From an uncultured delta proteobacterium (GTDB lineage: Bacteria; Desulfobacterota; Deferrimicrobia; Deferrimicrobiales; Deferrimicrobiaceae), in assembly GCA_963760885.1 (NCBI GenBank), contig CAVXEY010000006.1:294663-358662 (forward strand): DNA of 64,000 nucleotides, written 5' to 3'. Below, piece by piece: positions 56,181-64,000 of this stretch. Under the pieces are notes generated by a model. It ran no database searches. It worked only from the letters and a program-made list of their open reading frames with translations, and was not told where the DNA came from. Numbering within the stretch: the stretch's first letter is position 1; every line of letters starts with the position of its first letter. Both the position numbers and the translations under genes were made by a program.

Positions 56181-57839
56181 TTGCAGCGAGGATTCCCCGG
56201 GATGGACCTGTCCGGAACCGTCGCCCGCGTCGGGACGATCTGCCGATGTTTCGGGATCGACTCCCTGATGCCGCAGCTTGCGGCGTGCGAGGAGCTCCTG
56301 GGCGGCGGCGTGGTGGACGTGGCCGTGCTCGGCCAGTTCAAGGCGGGGAAGAGCTCGTTCCTCAACGTCCTGATCGGCGCCTCCGTCCTGCCGGTCGACG
56401 TCCTGCCGTCGACCGCCGTGGTAACCAGGATCGGGTATGGGCCAAGGGAGCGGGTCACGGTCCACGACCCCGCCGGGGTGCGGATCGAGGTTCCCCTGCG
56501 GCGGCTGGCGGAGTTCGTTACCGAGCGCGGGAACCCCGCGAACGAAAAACGGGTGGCGGTGGTCGACGTGGAACTTCCCTCCCTCGCGCCGTACGAGGGG
56601 ATCCGGTTCGTCGACACGCCGGGACTGGGCAGCGTCTTCGCCCACAACACGCGGGTGTCGAGAGACTGGATGCCCCGCGTCGGGGCGGTCCTCGTCGCCG
56701 TCAGCGTCCACCATCCTCTCTCCGGGGATGACCTGCTCCTCCTCGACGACGTGTCCTCCCACACCCCGGAGGCGGTCCTCCTGCTGACGAAGGCGGACCT
56801 GGTGTCGGGGGAGGAGCTTGCCTCCGTGATCGAATTCACCAGGAGCCAGTCGACCACCCGGACGGGGAAGGAGTGGAGGATTCTTCCCGTCTCCATTCGG
56901 CCCGGCTTCGAATCGATGCGCAACGAGGTGGCGGAGTACCTGCGGGAACGGATCGCGGGGCGGCAAGAGGAGGTGTTCGGGGAAATCGCCCGTCACAAGG
57001 TCCGGGCGCTGGTCGCAGGATGCCGGGAGTACCTGAATCTGGCGGAACGGGCGGCGGCGGCCGCCGATGCCGCCCGTTCCGATCTCGTCGCGGCGGTGGC
57101 GCGCGAGCGGCGCGATTTCGGCTCCGTGAAGGGGGAGATCCGCCTTCTCTGCAACCACCTCCAGGCCGAGGTCCGAACCGCGGCGGACAAGCGGTTCCAC
57201 GCCTACCGTGACGAAGTGACGGTGCGGGTGACCGCGAATCTCCGGGAGGCGATGGCGACGTGGGAAGGGCACCTGGCACGGGTGACCCGGGAGTTCGAGG
57301 GGTGGCTTGAAGACGCGATGATGGAGGAGATGGGGGCGATTTCCCTGTACGGCGAGGGGCACCTGGCGGGATTTCTCTTCAGGGCGCAGGCGAGCGTGGA
57401 AAGGTCGGCGCGGGCCTTTTCCGACCGGCTGGCGAGGGAGATCGAGCGCGCCCTCGGAATCCGGTTCGAAGGGACCCGGTTCGATCCGCGGGTCGAAGAG
57501 CCGGCCCACCCCGACGTTCGCCTCTCCCCCACGTTCGACACCCATTTCGAACTGCTCTGGTTTCTCATACCGATGGGGGTATTCCGGCCGCTGGTCCGCA
57601 GGCATTTCCTTCGCAGGGTCCCGTGGGAGGTCGAGAAGAACCTCTCCCGCGTGGCGGCCCAGTGGGCCGACGCCGTGGGCGCCTCGATCGACGGTCTTTT
57701 CCGGGACGCGACGACGTTTCTCGAGCGCGAGGTCGGGACGATCGCCGGGTTGATCGGCGAAGCCGACGCGGGGAACCGGGTCGAGGAGATCCGGGCCGCG
57801 CTTCAGGAGCTTTCCGCACTCGAATCTGCGGTATCCTGA
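56181..57839 (+). CDS. Bacterial dynamin-like GTPase
   Basis: [24 protein letters not shown], long helical stalk with hydrophobic [10 protein letters not shown] segment. Confidence 0.82.
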   Translation: MQRGFPGMDLSGTVARVGTICRCFGIDSLMPQLAACEELLGGGVVDVAVLGQFKAGKSSFLNVLIGASVLPVDVLPSTAVVTRIGYGPRERVTVHDPAGVRIEVPLRRLAEFVTERGNPANEKRVAVVDVELPSLAPYEGIRFVDTPGLGSVFAHNTRVSRDWMPRVGAVLVAVSVHHPLSGDDLLLLDDVSSHTPEAVLLLTKADLVSGEELASVIEFTRSQSTTRTGKEWRILPVSIRPGFESMRNEVAEYLRERIAGRQEEVFGEIARHKVRALVAGCREYLNLAERAAAAADAARSDLVAAVARERRDFGSVKGEIRLLCNHLQAEVRTAADKRFHAYRDEVTVRVTANLREAMATWEGHLARVTREFEGWLEDAMMEEMGAISLYGEGHLAGFLFRAQASVERSARAFSDRLAREIERALGIRFEGTRFDPRVEEPAHPDVRLSPTFDTHFELLWFLIPMGVFRPLVRRHFLRRVPWEVEKNLSRVAAQWADAVGASIDGLFRDATTFLEREVGTIAGLIGEADAGNRVEEIRAALQELSALESAVS

Positions 57840-57880
57840 TCGTTGGAATATCAAAATTTTCGATTCCCGGAGGTCTTCCG

Positions 57881-59548
57881 ATGCGGTCCGACACGATCAA
57901 GAAGGGGTTCGAGCGGGCGCCCCACCGCAGCCTGCTGAAAGCCGCCGGCGTCACCGACGCCGACATGGGAAAGCCGTTCATCGCGTTGTGCAACTCGTTC
58001 GTGGAGATCGTCCCCGGCCACGTGCATCTGAACCGGGTCGGGCGGTACGTGAAGGAGTGCATCCGGGAGGCGGGCGGGGTCGCCTTCGAGTTCAACACGA
58101 TCGGCGTGGACGACGGGATCGCCATGGGGCACGGCGGGATGCTCTACTCCCTGCCGTCGCGGGAGATCATCGCGGACTCCGTGGAAACGATGCTCAAGGC
58201 CCACTGCTTCGACGGGATGATCTGCATCCCCAACTGCGACAAGATCGTCCCCGGAATGCTGATGGCGGCGATGCGGTGCAACATCCCGACGATCTTCGTC
58301 TCCGGAGGACCGATGAAGGCCGGCAAGACGAAGGCCGGCCGGGTGGTCGACCTGATCTCCGTCTTCGAGGGGGTGGCGGCCCACCAGCTCGGGAACCTCT
58401 CGGACGAAGGGCTCAAGGAGCTCGAGGACACCGGGTGCCCCGGCTGCGGATGCTGCTCCGGCATGTTCACGGCGAACTCGATGAACTGTCTGTGCGAGGC
58501 GCTCGGGATGGCTCTCCCGGGGAGCGCGACGGTGCTGGCGGTCGACAACCATCGCGACGACTACTACCGTGCTGCGGCCTTGCGCCTGATCGACATGGTG
58601 CGAAAGGACCTGAAACCGCGCGACATCGTCACGCGGGACGCCTTCGACAACGCGTTGGCGCTGGACATGGCGATGGGCGGCTCCACGAACACGATCCTCC
58701 ACACCCTGGCGGTGGCCCACGAGGCGGGGGTGCCGTTCGACCTGGCGCGGATCGAAGCGATTTCGCGGAAGACGCCCACGCTGTGCAAGGTGTCGCCGTC
58801 GTCGCAGTACCACATGGAGGACGTGGACCGCGCGGGAGGGATCCCCGCGATCCTTTCGGAACTGTTCAAGGTGCCGGGACTCATGAAACGGGGCTGCCTC
58901 ACCGTGACGGGGAAGACCCTGGAGGAGAACGTGGCGGAGGCGGCGTCGAAGGACCCGGCGGTCATCCGGCCCCTGTCCGACGCGTACAGCAGGGAAGGAG
59001 GGCTTGCGGTCCTTTACGGCAACCTCGCGACCGAAGGCGCGGTCGTCAAGACCGCGGGAGTCGACCCGAAGATGCTGGTATTCGAGGGGTCCGCCGTGAT
59101 CTTCGAATCGCAGGATGAGGCGTGCGAGGGGATCCTCGCGGGGAAGGTGAAGGCGGGCGACTTCGTCGTCATACGGTACGAGGGCCCCAAAGGCGGCCCG
59201 GGGATGCAGGAGATGCTCGCGCCAACGTCGTACATCATGGGCGAGGGGCTCGGTGACAAGGTGGCGATGGTCACCGACGGGCGCTTCTCCGGAGGGACGC
59301 GCGGCGCCACCATCGGCCACGTCTCCCCCGAGGCGGCCGCGGGGGGAACGATCGCCCTGGTCCGGAACGGCGACCGGATCCGTCTGGACATCCCGAAGCG
59401 AGTGCTGGAACTGGTGGTATCGGAAGCGGAACTGGCCGAACGGCGTGCAAAATGGCGTCTTCCCGACAAGAAGAGATCGACGGGTTCTCTCGGAAAGTAC
59501 GCCGCGATGGCGACCAGCGCGAGCACCGGCGCGGTCCTCAAGTGGTGA
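57881..59548 (+). CDS. ilvD: Dihydroxy-acid dehydratase
   Basis: [49 protein letters not shown]. Confidence 0.93.
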   Translation: MRSDTIKKGFERAPHRSLLKAAGVTDADMGKPFIALCNSFVEIVPGHVHLNRVGRYVKECIREAGGVAFEFNTIGVDDGIAMGHGGMLYSLPSREIIADSVETMLKAHCFDGMICIPNCDKIVPGMLMAAMRCNIPTIFVSGGPMKAGKTKAGRVVDLISVFEGVAAHQLGNLSDEGLKELEDTGCPGCGCCSGMFTANSMNCLCEALGMALPGSATVLAVDNHRDDYYRAAALRLIDMVRKDLKPRDIVTRDAFDNALALDMAMGGSTNTILHTLAVAHEAGVPFDLARIEAISRKTPTLCKVSPSSQYHMEDVDRAGGIPAILSELFKVPGLMKRGCLTVTGKTLEENVAEAASKDPAVIRPLSDAYSREGGLAVLYGNLATEGAVVKTAGVDPKMLVFEGSAVIFESQDEACEGILAGKVKAGDFVVIRYEGPKGGPGMQEMLAPTSYIMGEGLGDKVAMVTDGRFSGGTRGATIGHVSPEAAAGGTIALVRNGDRIRLDIPKRVLELVVSEAELAERRAKWRLPDKKRSTGSLGKYAAMATSASTGAVLKW

Positions 59549-59616
59549 CACGGCGGGATCGATCCTAACGTACGGTATTATTTAAGGTTTCATCGATACA
59601 CCGGCGACCTTCGATG

Positions 59617-59625
59617 TGGTAGAAT
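59617..59625 (+). promoter_or_regulatory. Extended -10 promoter element for gyrA
   Basis: TGgTAGAAT about 80 bp upstream of the gyrA start. Confidence 0.45.
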
Positions 59626-59701
59626 GATCTGTTGCAGCGGGTCGTGAAGCGGCGATCCCGCCGCATCGATCCGGATCCTTCGAAGGAGCACCCGAATCCC
59701 C

Positions 59702-62134
59702 ATGGACCTGTTCCAGAAGCAGGCACAGCCCCGCGCCATCCAGGACGAGATGCGCCAGAGCTACCTCGACTACGCGATGAGCGTGATCGTGGGGCGCGCG
59801 CTCCCCGACGTCCGCGACGGCCTGAAACCCGTCCAGCGCCGCATCCTCTTCGCCATGCACGAGCTCGGGAACGAGTACGGCAAGCCGTACAAGAAGTCCG
59901 CCCGCATCGTCGGCGACGTGATCGGCAAATATCATCCGCACGGCGACAACGCGGTGTACGACGCCCTCGTTCGCATGGTGCAGGAGTTCTCGCTGCGGTA
60001 CCCCCTGATCGACGGGCAGGGGAACTTCGGTTCGGTCGACGGAGACTCGGCGGCCGCGATGCGGTACACCGAGGTCCGGATGGCGAAGGTGGCGGGGGAG
60101 CTGCTGTCGGATCTCGACAAGGAAACCGTCGAGACCCTCCCCAACTACGACGGCTCGCTCCAGGAGCCGCGCGTCCTTCCGTCCCGCGTTCCGAACCTGC
60201 TGGTGAACGGGAGCGCGGGGATCGCCGTCGGGATGGCGACCTCCATCCCGCCGCACAACCTCGGCGAGGTGATCGGAGCCCTGCTCGCCCTGATCGGCAA
60301 CCCCGACATCACGATCGACGAGCTGATGGAGCACGTCCCGGCGCCCGATTTCCCCACCGGCGGCATCCTCTACGGGCTCGACGGTGTGCGCGACGCGTAC
60401 CGCACGGGGCGCGGCAGCGTCCAGATCCGCGCGCGGGCTTTCATCGAGAAGGCGAAGAAGGGGGACCGGGAGTCGATCGTCGTCACCGAGATCCCGTACC
60501 AGGTGAACAAGTCCCGCCTCATCGAGCGGATGGCGGAGCTGGTGCGGAACAAGGAGATCGAGGAGATCTCGGACCTGCGCGACGAGTCCGACCGCGACGG
60601 GATGCGCGTTGTCGTGGAGCTGAAGAAGGACGCGGTCGCCGAGGTCGTCCTCAACAACCTGTACAAGCAGACGCAGATGCAGACCTCCTTCGGCGTGCAG
60701 CTCCTGGCGATCGTCCAGAACCGGCCGCGGACGATGAACCTCAAGGAGCTCCTCGAGGAGTTCCTCGCCTTCCGGAAGGAGGTCGTCACCCGGCGGACCC
60801 TGTTCCTGCTGCGGAAGGCGGAGGCCCGGGAGCACATCCTGCTCGGGCTGTCGATCGCCCTCGACCACATCGACGCGGTCATCCGGCTGATCCGGGCCTC
60901 GAAGGACCCCAAGGAGGCGAAGGAAGGCCTCGTGGCGAAGTTCGGCCTGTCGGAGATCCAGGCGCAGGCGATCCTCGACATGCGGCTGCAGCGGCTGACC
61001 GGGCTGGAGCGCGAGAAGATCCTGCAGGAGCTGAAGGAGGTGCGGGCGGAGATCGCGCGGCTGAAAAAGATCCTCGGCGAGGAGTCGGAGCTTCTGCGGG
61101 TGATCGGGCAGGAGTTCCGCGAGATCCGCGACGCCTACGGCGACGCCCGCCGCTCCGAGATCCAGCGCGAGACGAAGGACCTGCGGCTCGAGGACCTGAT
61201 CGTGGACGAGGAGATGGTGGTCACCGTCTCCCACACGGGGTACATCAAGCGGAACCCGATCAGCCTCTACCGGACGCAGCGCCGCGGGGGGCGCGGGAAG
61301 GTCGGCATGGGGACGAAGGAGGAGGATTTCGTCTCGATGCTCTTCATCGCCTCGATGCACACCTACGTCCTCTTCTTCTCGGACCAGGGGAAGGTGTACT
61401 GGCTGAAGGTCCACGAATTGCCGGAGGCGGGGCGCGCCTCGAAGGGGCGGGCCATCGTGAACCTCCTGTCCCTCTCCCCCGGCGAGGAGATCGCGTCGAT
61501 CCTCCCCGTCCGGGAGTTCACGGAGGGGAGGTTCGTGATGACGGTCACGGCGCGGGGCGTCATCAAGAAGACGGATCTGATGGAATATTCCCGGCCGCGG
61601 GCGGGCGGCATCATCTCCATGGGGCTGAACGAGGGGGACCGGCTGATCGCGACCGCCCTCACCACGGGGAGGGACGAGGTGTCCCTCTCCACCCGCGAGG
61701 GGATGTCGATCCGGTTCCACGACGAGGATGTCCGGCCGATGGGGCGCGCGGCGGTGGGCGTGCGCGGCATCGACCTCGGGGAGGGGGATCTCGTCGTCGG
61801 GATGGAGATCCTGAAGGCCGAGGGGACGCTCCTCTCCGTGACGGAGCACGGGTACGGGAAGCGGACGGCGGTCGAGGAGTACCGCAGCCAGTCGCGGGGC
61901 GGCAAGGGCGTGATCGCCTTGAGGGTGACGGAGAAGACCGGCCGCGTGGTCGGCGTCAGCCAGGTCGTCGAGACGGACGAGGTGATGCTGGTCACCGACG
62001 GGGGGAAGATCATCCGGCTCGGGATGGGCGATCTGCGGGTGATCGGGAGGAACACCCAGGGGGTCCGCCTGATCGGACTCGCAGAGAAGGAACGGGTCGT
62101 CTCGATCGCGCGGCTGGCGGAGAAGGAAGAGTGA
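59702..62134 (+). CDS. gyrA: DNA gyrase subunit A
   Basis: [30 protein letters not shown], GyrA-box QRRGGRG. Confidence 0.98.
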   Translation: MDLFQKQAQPRAIQDEMRQSYLDYAMSVIVGRALPDVRDGLKPVQRRILFAMHELGNEYGKPYKKSARIVGDVIGKYHPHGDNAVYDALVRMVQEFSLRYPLIDGQGNFGSVDGDSAAAMRYTEVRMAKVAGELLSDLDKETVETLPNYDGSLQEPRVLPSRVPNLLVNGSAGIAVGMATSIPPHNLGEVIGALLALIGNPDITIDELMEHVPAPDFPTGGILYGLDGVRDAYRTGRGSVQIRARAFIEKAKKGDRESIVVTEIPYQVNKSRLIERMAELVRNKEIEEISDLRDESDRDGMRVVVELKKDAVAEVVLNNLYKQTQMQTSFGVQLLAIVQNRPRTMNLKELLEEFLAFRKEVVTRRTLFLLRKAEAREHILLGLSIALDHIDAVIRLIRASKDPKEAKEGLVAKFGLSEIQAQAILDMRLQRLTGLEREKILQELKEVRAEIARLKKILGEESELLRVIGQEFREIRDAYGDARRSEIQRETKDLRLEDLIVDEEMVVTVSHTGYIKRNPISLYRTQRRGGRGKVGMGTKEEDFVSMLFIASMHTYVLFFSDQGKVYWLKVHELPEAGRASKGRAIVNLLSLSPGEEIASILPVREFTEGRFVMTVTARGVIKKTDLMEYSRPRAGGIISMGLNEGDRLIATALTTGRDEVSLSTREGMSIRFHDEDVRPMGRAAVGVRGIDLGEGDLVVGMEILKAEGTLLSVTEHGYGKRTAVEEYRSQSRGGKGVIALRVTEKTGRVVGVSQVVETDEVMLVTDGGKIIRLGMGDLRVIGRNTQGVRLIGLAEKERVVSIARLAEKEE

Positions 62135-62137
62135 GCG

Positions 62138-62923
62138 ATGGCGGGGGCTTGGAGGGTCGGGCTCCTGTGCGGGGCGCTGCTTCTCGCGGCGGCGTGCGCG
62201 GACCCGGCCCGGGAGCGGTACGAGCGGGCGGAGAAGGAGCTCCTTTCCCAGAAGATGGAGGCGGCCCTCACCGACTACCGGTACATCGCACGGGACCATC
62301 CGCAGTCGCGGTACGCCCCGGCCGCCCTGTTGCGTCAGGGGGAGCTCTACGGCGGCTACTACCGGAACTTCCCCGCGGCGCTCGAGGCGTACGAATCCCT
62401 CGTGTACAACTACCCGAAGGCGTCCGAGGTGCCGCGCGCGCTGCTGCGGACCGCGGAGATCCATCTTCTGCAATACCTCGACCCCTCCTCGGCGGCCGCG
62501 GACCTGGAGCGGATCCGGAAGAAGTTCCCGCGGTACGAGAGGGAGGACGAGGTGCTATTCCTCCTCGCCCGGGCGTACGGCGCGGCGGGGGAAGACGAGC
62601 GGCAGGCGGCGGCGCTCGCCGAACTGACGGAGCGGTTCCCCAAGTCGAAACGCGCGGCGCAGGGGCGGTGGATGCTGGCGTACGCGTTCCTCGGGCAGCG
62701 CCGGTACGCCGACGCGGACCGGGAGTTCCGCAAGCTCCTGTACCTTTCGACGAATCGCGAATCGACGGTCCAGGCGCGGTGGGGGATGGCGCAGTCGCAC
62801 GAGGGGATGGGAGACTTCCAGGGCGCGATCTCCCAGTACGAGGCGCTGCGGGAAGACGCGGACAACCCGGAGTACGTCACGGAGAAGATCGAGCGGCTCA
62901 AGGCGCGCATGCGAAAACCGTGA
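62138..62923 (+). CDS. TPR-repeat lipoprotein (BamD/CpoB-like)
   Basis: LAAAC lipobox; repeated YP.S / FPKS TPR turns. Confidence 0.8.
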   Translation: MAGAWRVGLLCGALLLAAACADPARERYERAEKELLSQKMEAALTDYRYIARDHPQSRYAPAALLRQGELYGGYYRNFPAALEAYESLVYNYPKASEVPRALLRTAEIHLLQYLDPSSAAADLERIRKKFPRYEREDEVLFLLARAYGAAGEDERQAAALAELTERFPKSKRAAQGRWMLAYAFLGQRRYADADREFRKLLYLSTNRESTVQARWGMAQSHEGMGDFQGAISQYEALREDADNPEYVTEKIERLKARMRKP

Positions 62924-62939
62924 GAAGGGACGGAAGGCG

Positions 62940-63956
62940 GTGAGCGGGGAAAGGAAGGAGTCGGTCGCCGTTGTCGGGGCGGGATCGTGGGGGACGGCGT
63001 TCACCGCGATGCTCGCCGGACGGCACGGATCGGTCACCCTCTGGGCGCGCGAGGCGAAGGTGTGCGCAGACCTGCGGGAACGGCGCGAAAACCGTGCTTT
63101 CCTGCCGGGGATCGTCCTTCCTCCGGCGATCCGGCCGACGAACGACCTCGCGGAGGCGGTTTCCGGGAAGACCGTGGTGGTCTTCGCCGTTCCGTCCCAT
63201 CACCTGCGGGAGGTGGCGGCGCGGACGGCGGCGCACCTGTCCTCCGACGCCTGCCTCGTCTCCCTGGCCAAGGGGGTGGAGAACGGGACGCTGAAGCGGA
63301 TGACGGAGGTGCTCTCCGAGGCGGCACCGAAGCACGCCCCCCGTGTCGCGGCGCTTTCCGGCCCGACCTTCGCCTGCGAGGTTGCGGAGGGGAAGCCGAC
63401 GGGGGCGACGGTGGCCGCGCGCGACCTCTCCGTCGCGCGGAGGCTGCAGCACGCGCTCTCCGGTCCCCGATTCCGCCTTTACGCCGACGACGACGTGACG
63501 GGGGTCGAGATCGGCGGGGCGCTGAAAAACGTAATGGCGATCGCCGCGGGGATGGCCGACGGGCTGGGGTTCGGGCACAACGCGCGGGCGCTCCTCATCT
63601 CCCGGGGGCTCGCCGAGATTTCCCGGCTGGGCGTCCGCCTCGGGGCGCAACCACAGACGTTCGCGGGGCTCGCGGGGATGGGGGACCTGGTCCTCACCTG
63701 CACGGGCGACCTCTCGCGGAACCGGACCGTGGGGACGCGCGTGGGACGGGGGGAGAAGATCGGCGACATCCTTTCGGGGATGACGATGGTGGCCGAGGGG
63801 GTCCGGACGGTGGTCTCCGCCGTGGAGCTGTCGCGCCGAACGGGGGTGCCGATGCCGATCTCGGAGCAGGTGCACGGGATCCTCCACGAGGGGAAGGACG
63901 TCCGGGAAGCGGTGAGCGAGCTCTTCTCCCGGGCGCTGAAGCGGGAGAAGGAGTAG
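62940..63956 (+). CDS. gpsA: NAD(P)H-dependent glycerol-3-phosphate dehydrogenase
   Basis: GAGSWGT, LSGPTFA, GALKNV, GDLVLTC...SRN. Confidence 0.96.
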   Translation: MSGERKESVAVVGAGSWGTAFTAMLAGRHGSVTLWAREAKVCADLRERRENRAFLPGIVLPPAIRPTNDLAEAVSGKTVVVFAVPSHHLREVAARTAAHLSSDACLVSLAKGVENGTLKRMTEVLSEAAPKHAPRVAALSGPTFACEVAEGKPTGATVAARDLSVARRLQHALSGPRFRLYADDDVTGVEIGGALKNVMAIAAGMADGLGFGHNARALLISRGLAEISRLGVRLGAQPQTFAGLAGMGDLVLTCTGDLSRNRTVGTRVGRGEKIGDILSGMTMVAEGVRTVVSAVELSRRTGVPMPISEQVHGILHEGKDVREAVSELFSRALKREKE

Positions 63957-64000
63957 GAACGCGATGCGGAAGGAACTGCCGGCCCTCAAGGCGGAGATCG

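Noticed and set aside
59582..62943. Very long alternative-frame ORFs (963 aa minus, 1103 aa plus) over gyrA, and similar ones over gyrB, mnmG, kdpB and ilvD
   Set aside because: Shadow ORFs expected from high GC3 codon bias; Arg/Pro/Gly-rich, with no recognisable motifs, overlapping well-supported genes.
63964..64000. Start of a gene after gpsA (MRKELPALKAEI)
   Set aside because: Only 12 codons fall in the window, too few to assign.

Overview
GC-rich bacterial chromosome segment spanning the replication origin, with gene order typical of deltaproteobacterial (Desulfobacterota-like) lineages (taxonomy is inference). The minus-strand arm runs rpmH-rnpA-yidD-yidC-mnmE-mnmG-rsmG-parA-parB-atpF'-atpF-atpH-atpA and carries two perfect parS sites. 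The plus-strand arm runs dnaA-dnaN-gyrB with DnaA boxes on both sides of dnaA and no recF. gyrB is separated from gyrA-TPR-gpsA by about 42 kb. That interval holds: a DeoR-regulated TctCBA/PdxA2/DtnK/IlvD-like/LarA-like sugar-acid catabolic operon; a kdpFABC locus with no KdpE, apparently regulated by a sigma54 activator, a separate HAMP/PAS kinase and a soluble KdpD-N/USP protein fused to a PTS EIIA domain; a DEAD-box helicase; an aldo/keto-reductase pair; a class III CoA-transferase pair; envelope genes; and a fluoride riboswitch-crcB-DUF190-dynamin unit. The best novelty candidates are the rewired Kdp system with the KdpD-EIIA fusion, a GNAT-like orphan between rpmH and dnaA, the four-carbon sugar-acid pathway with a LarA-like epimerase, and a modular intergenic repeat. 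Many single-base frameshifts (parA, rsmG, YccA-like gene, kinase, kdpABC, AKR, DUF6599-like gene) most likely reflect long-read assembly errors. All family assignments come from motif recognition, not database searches.
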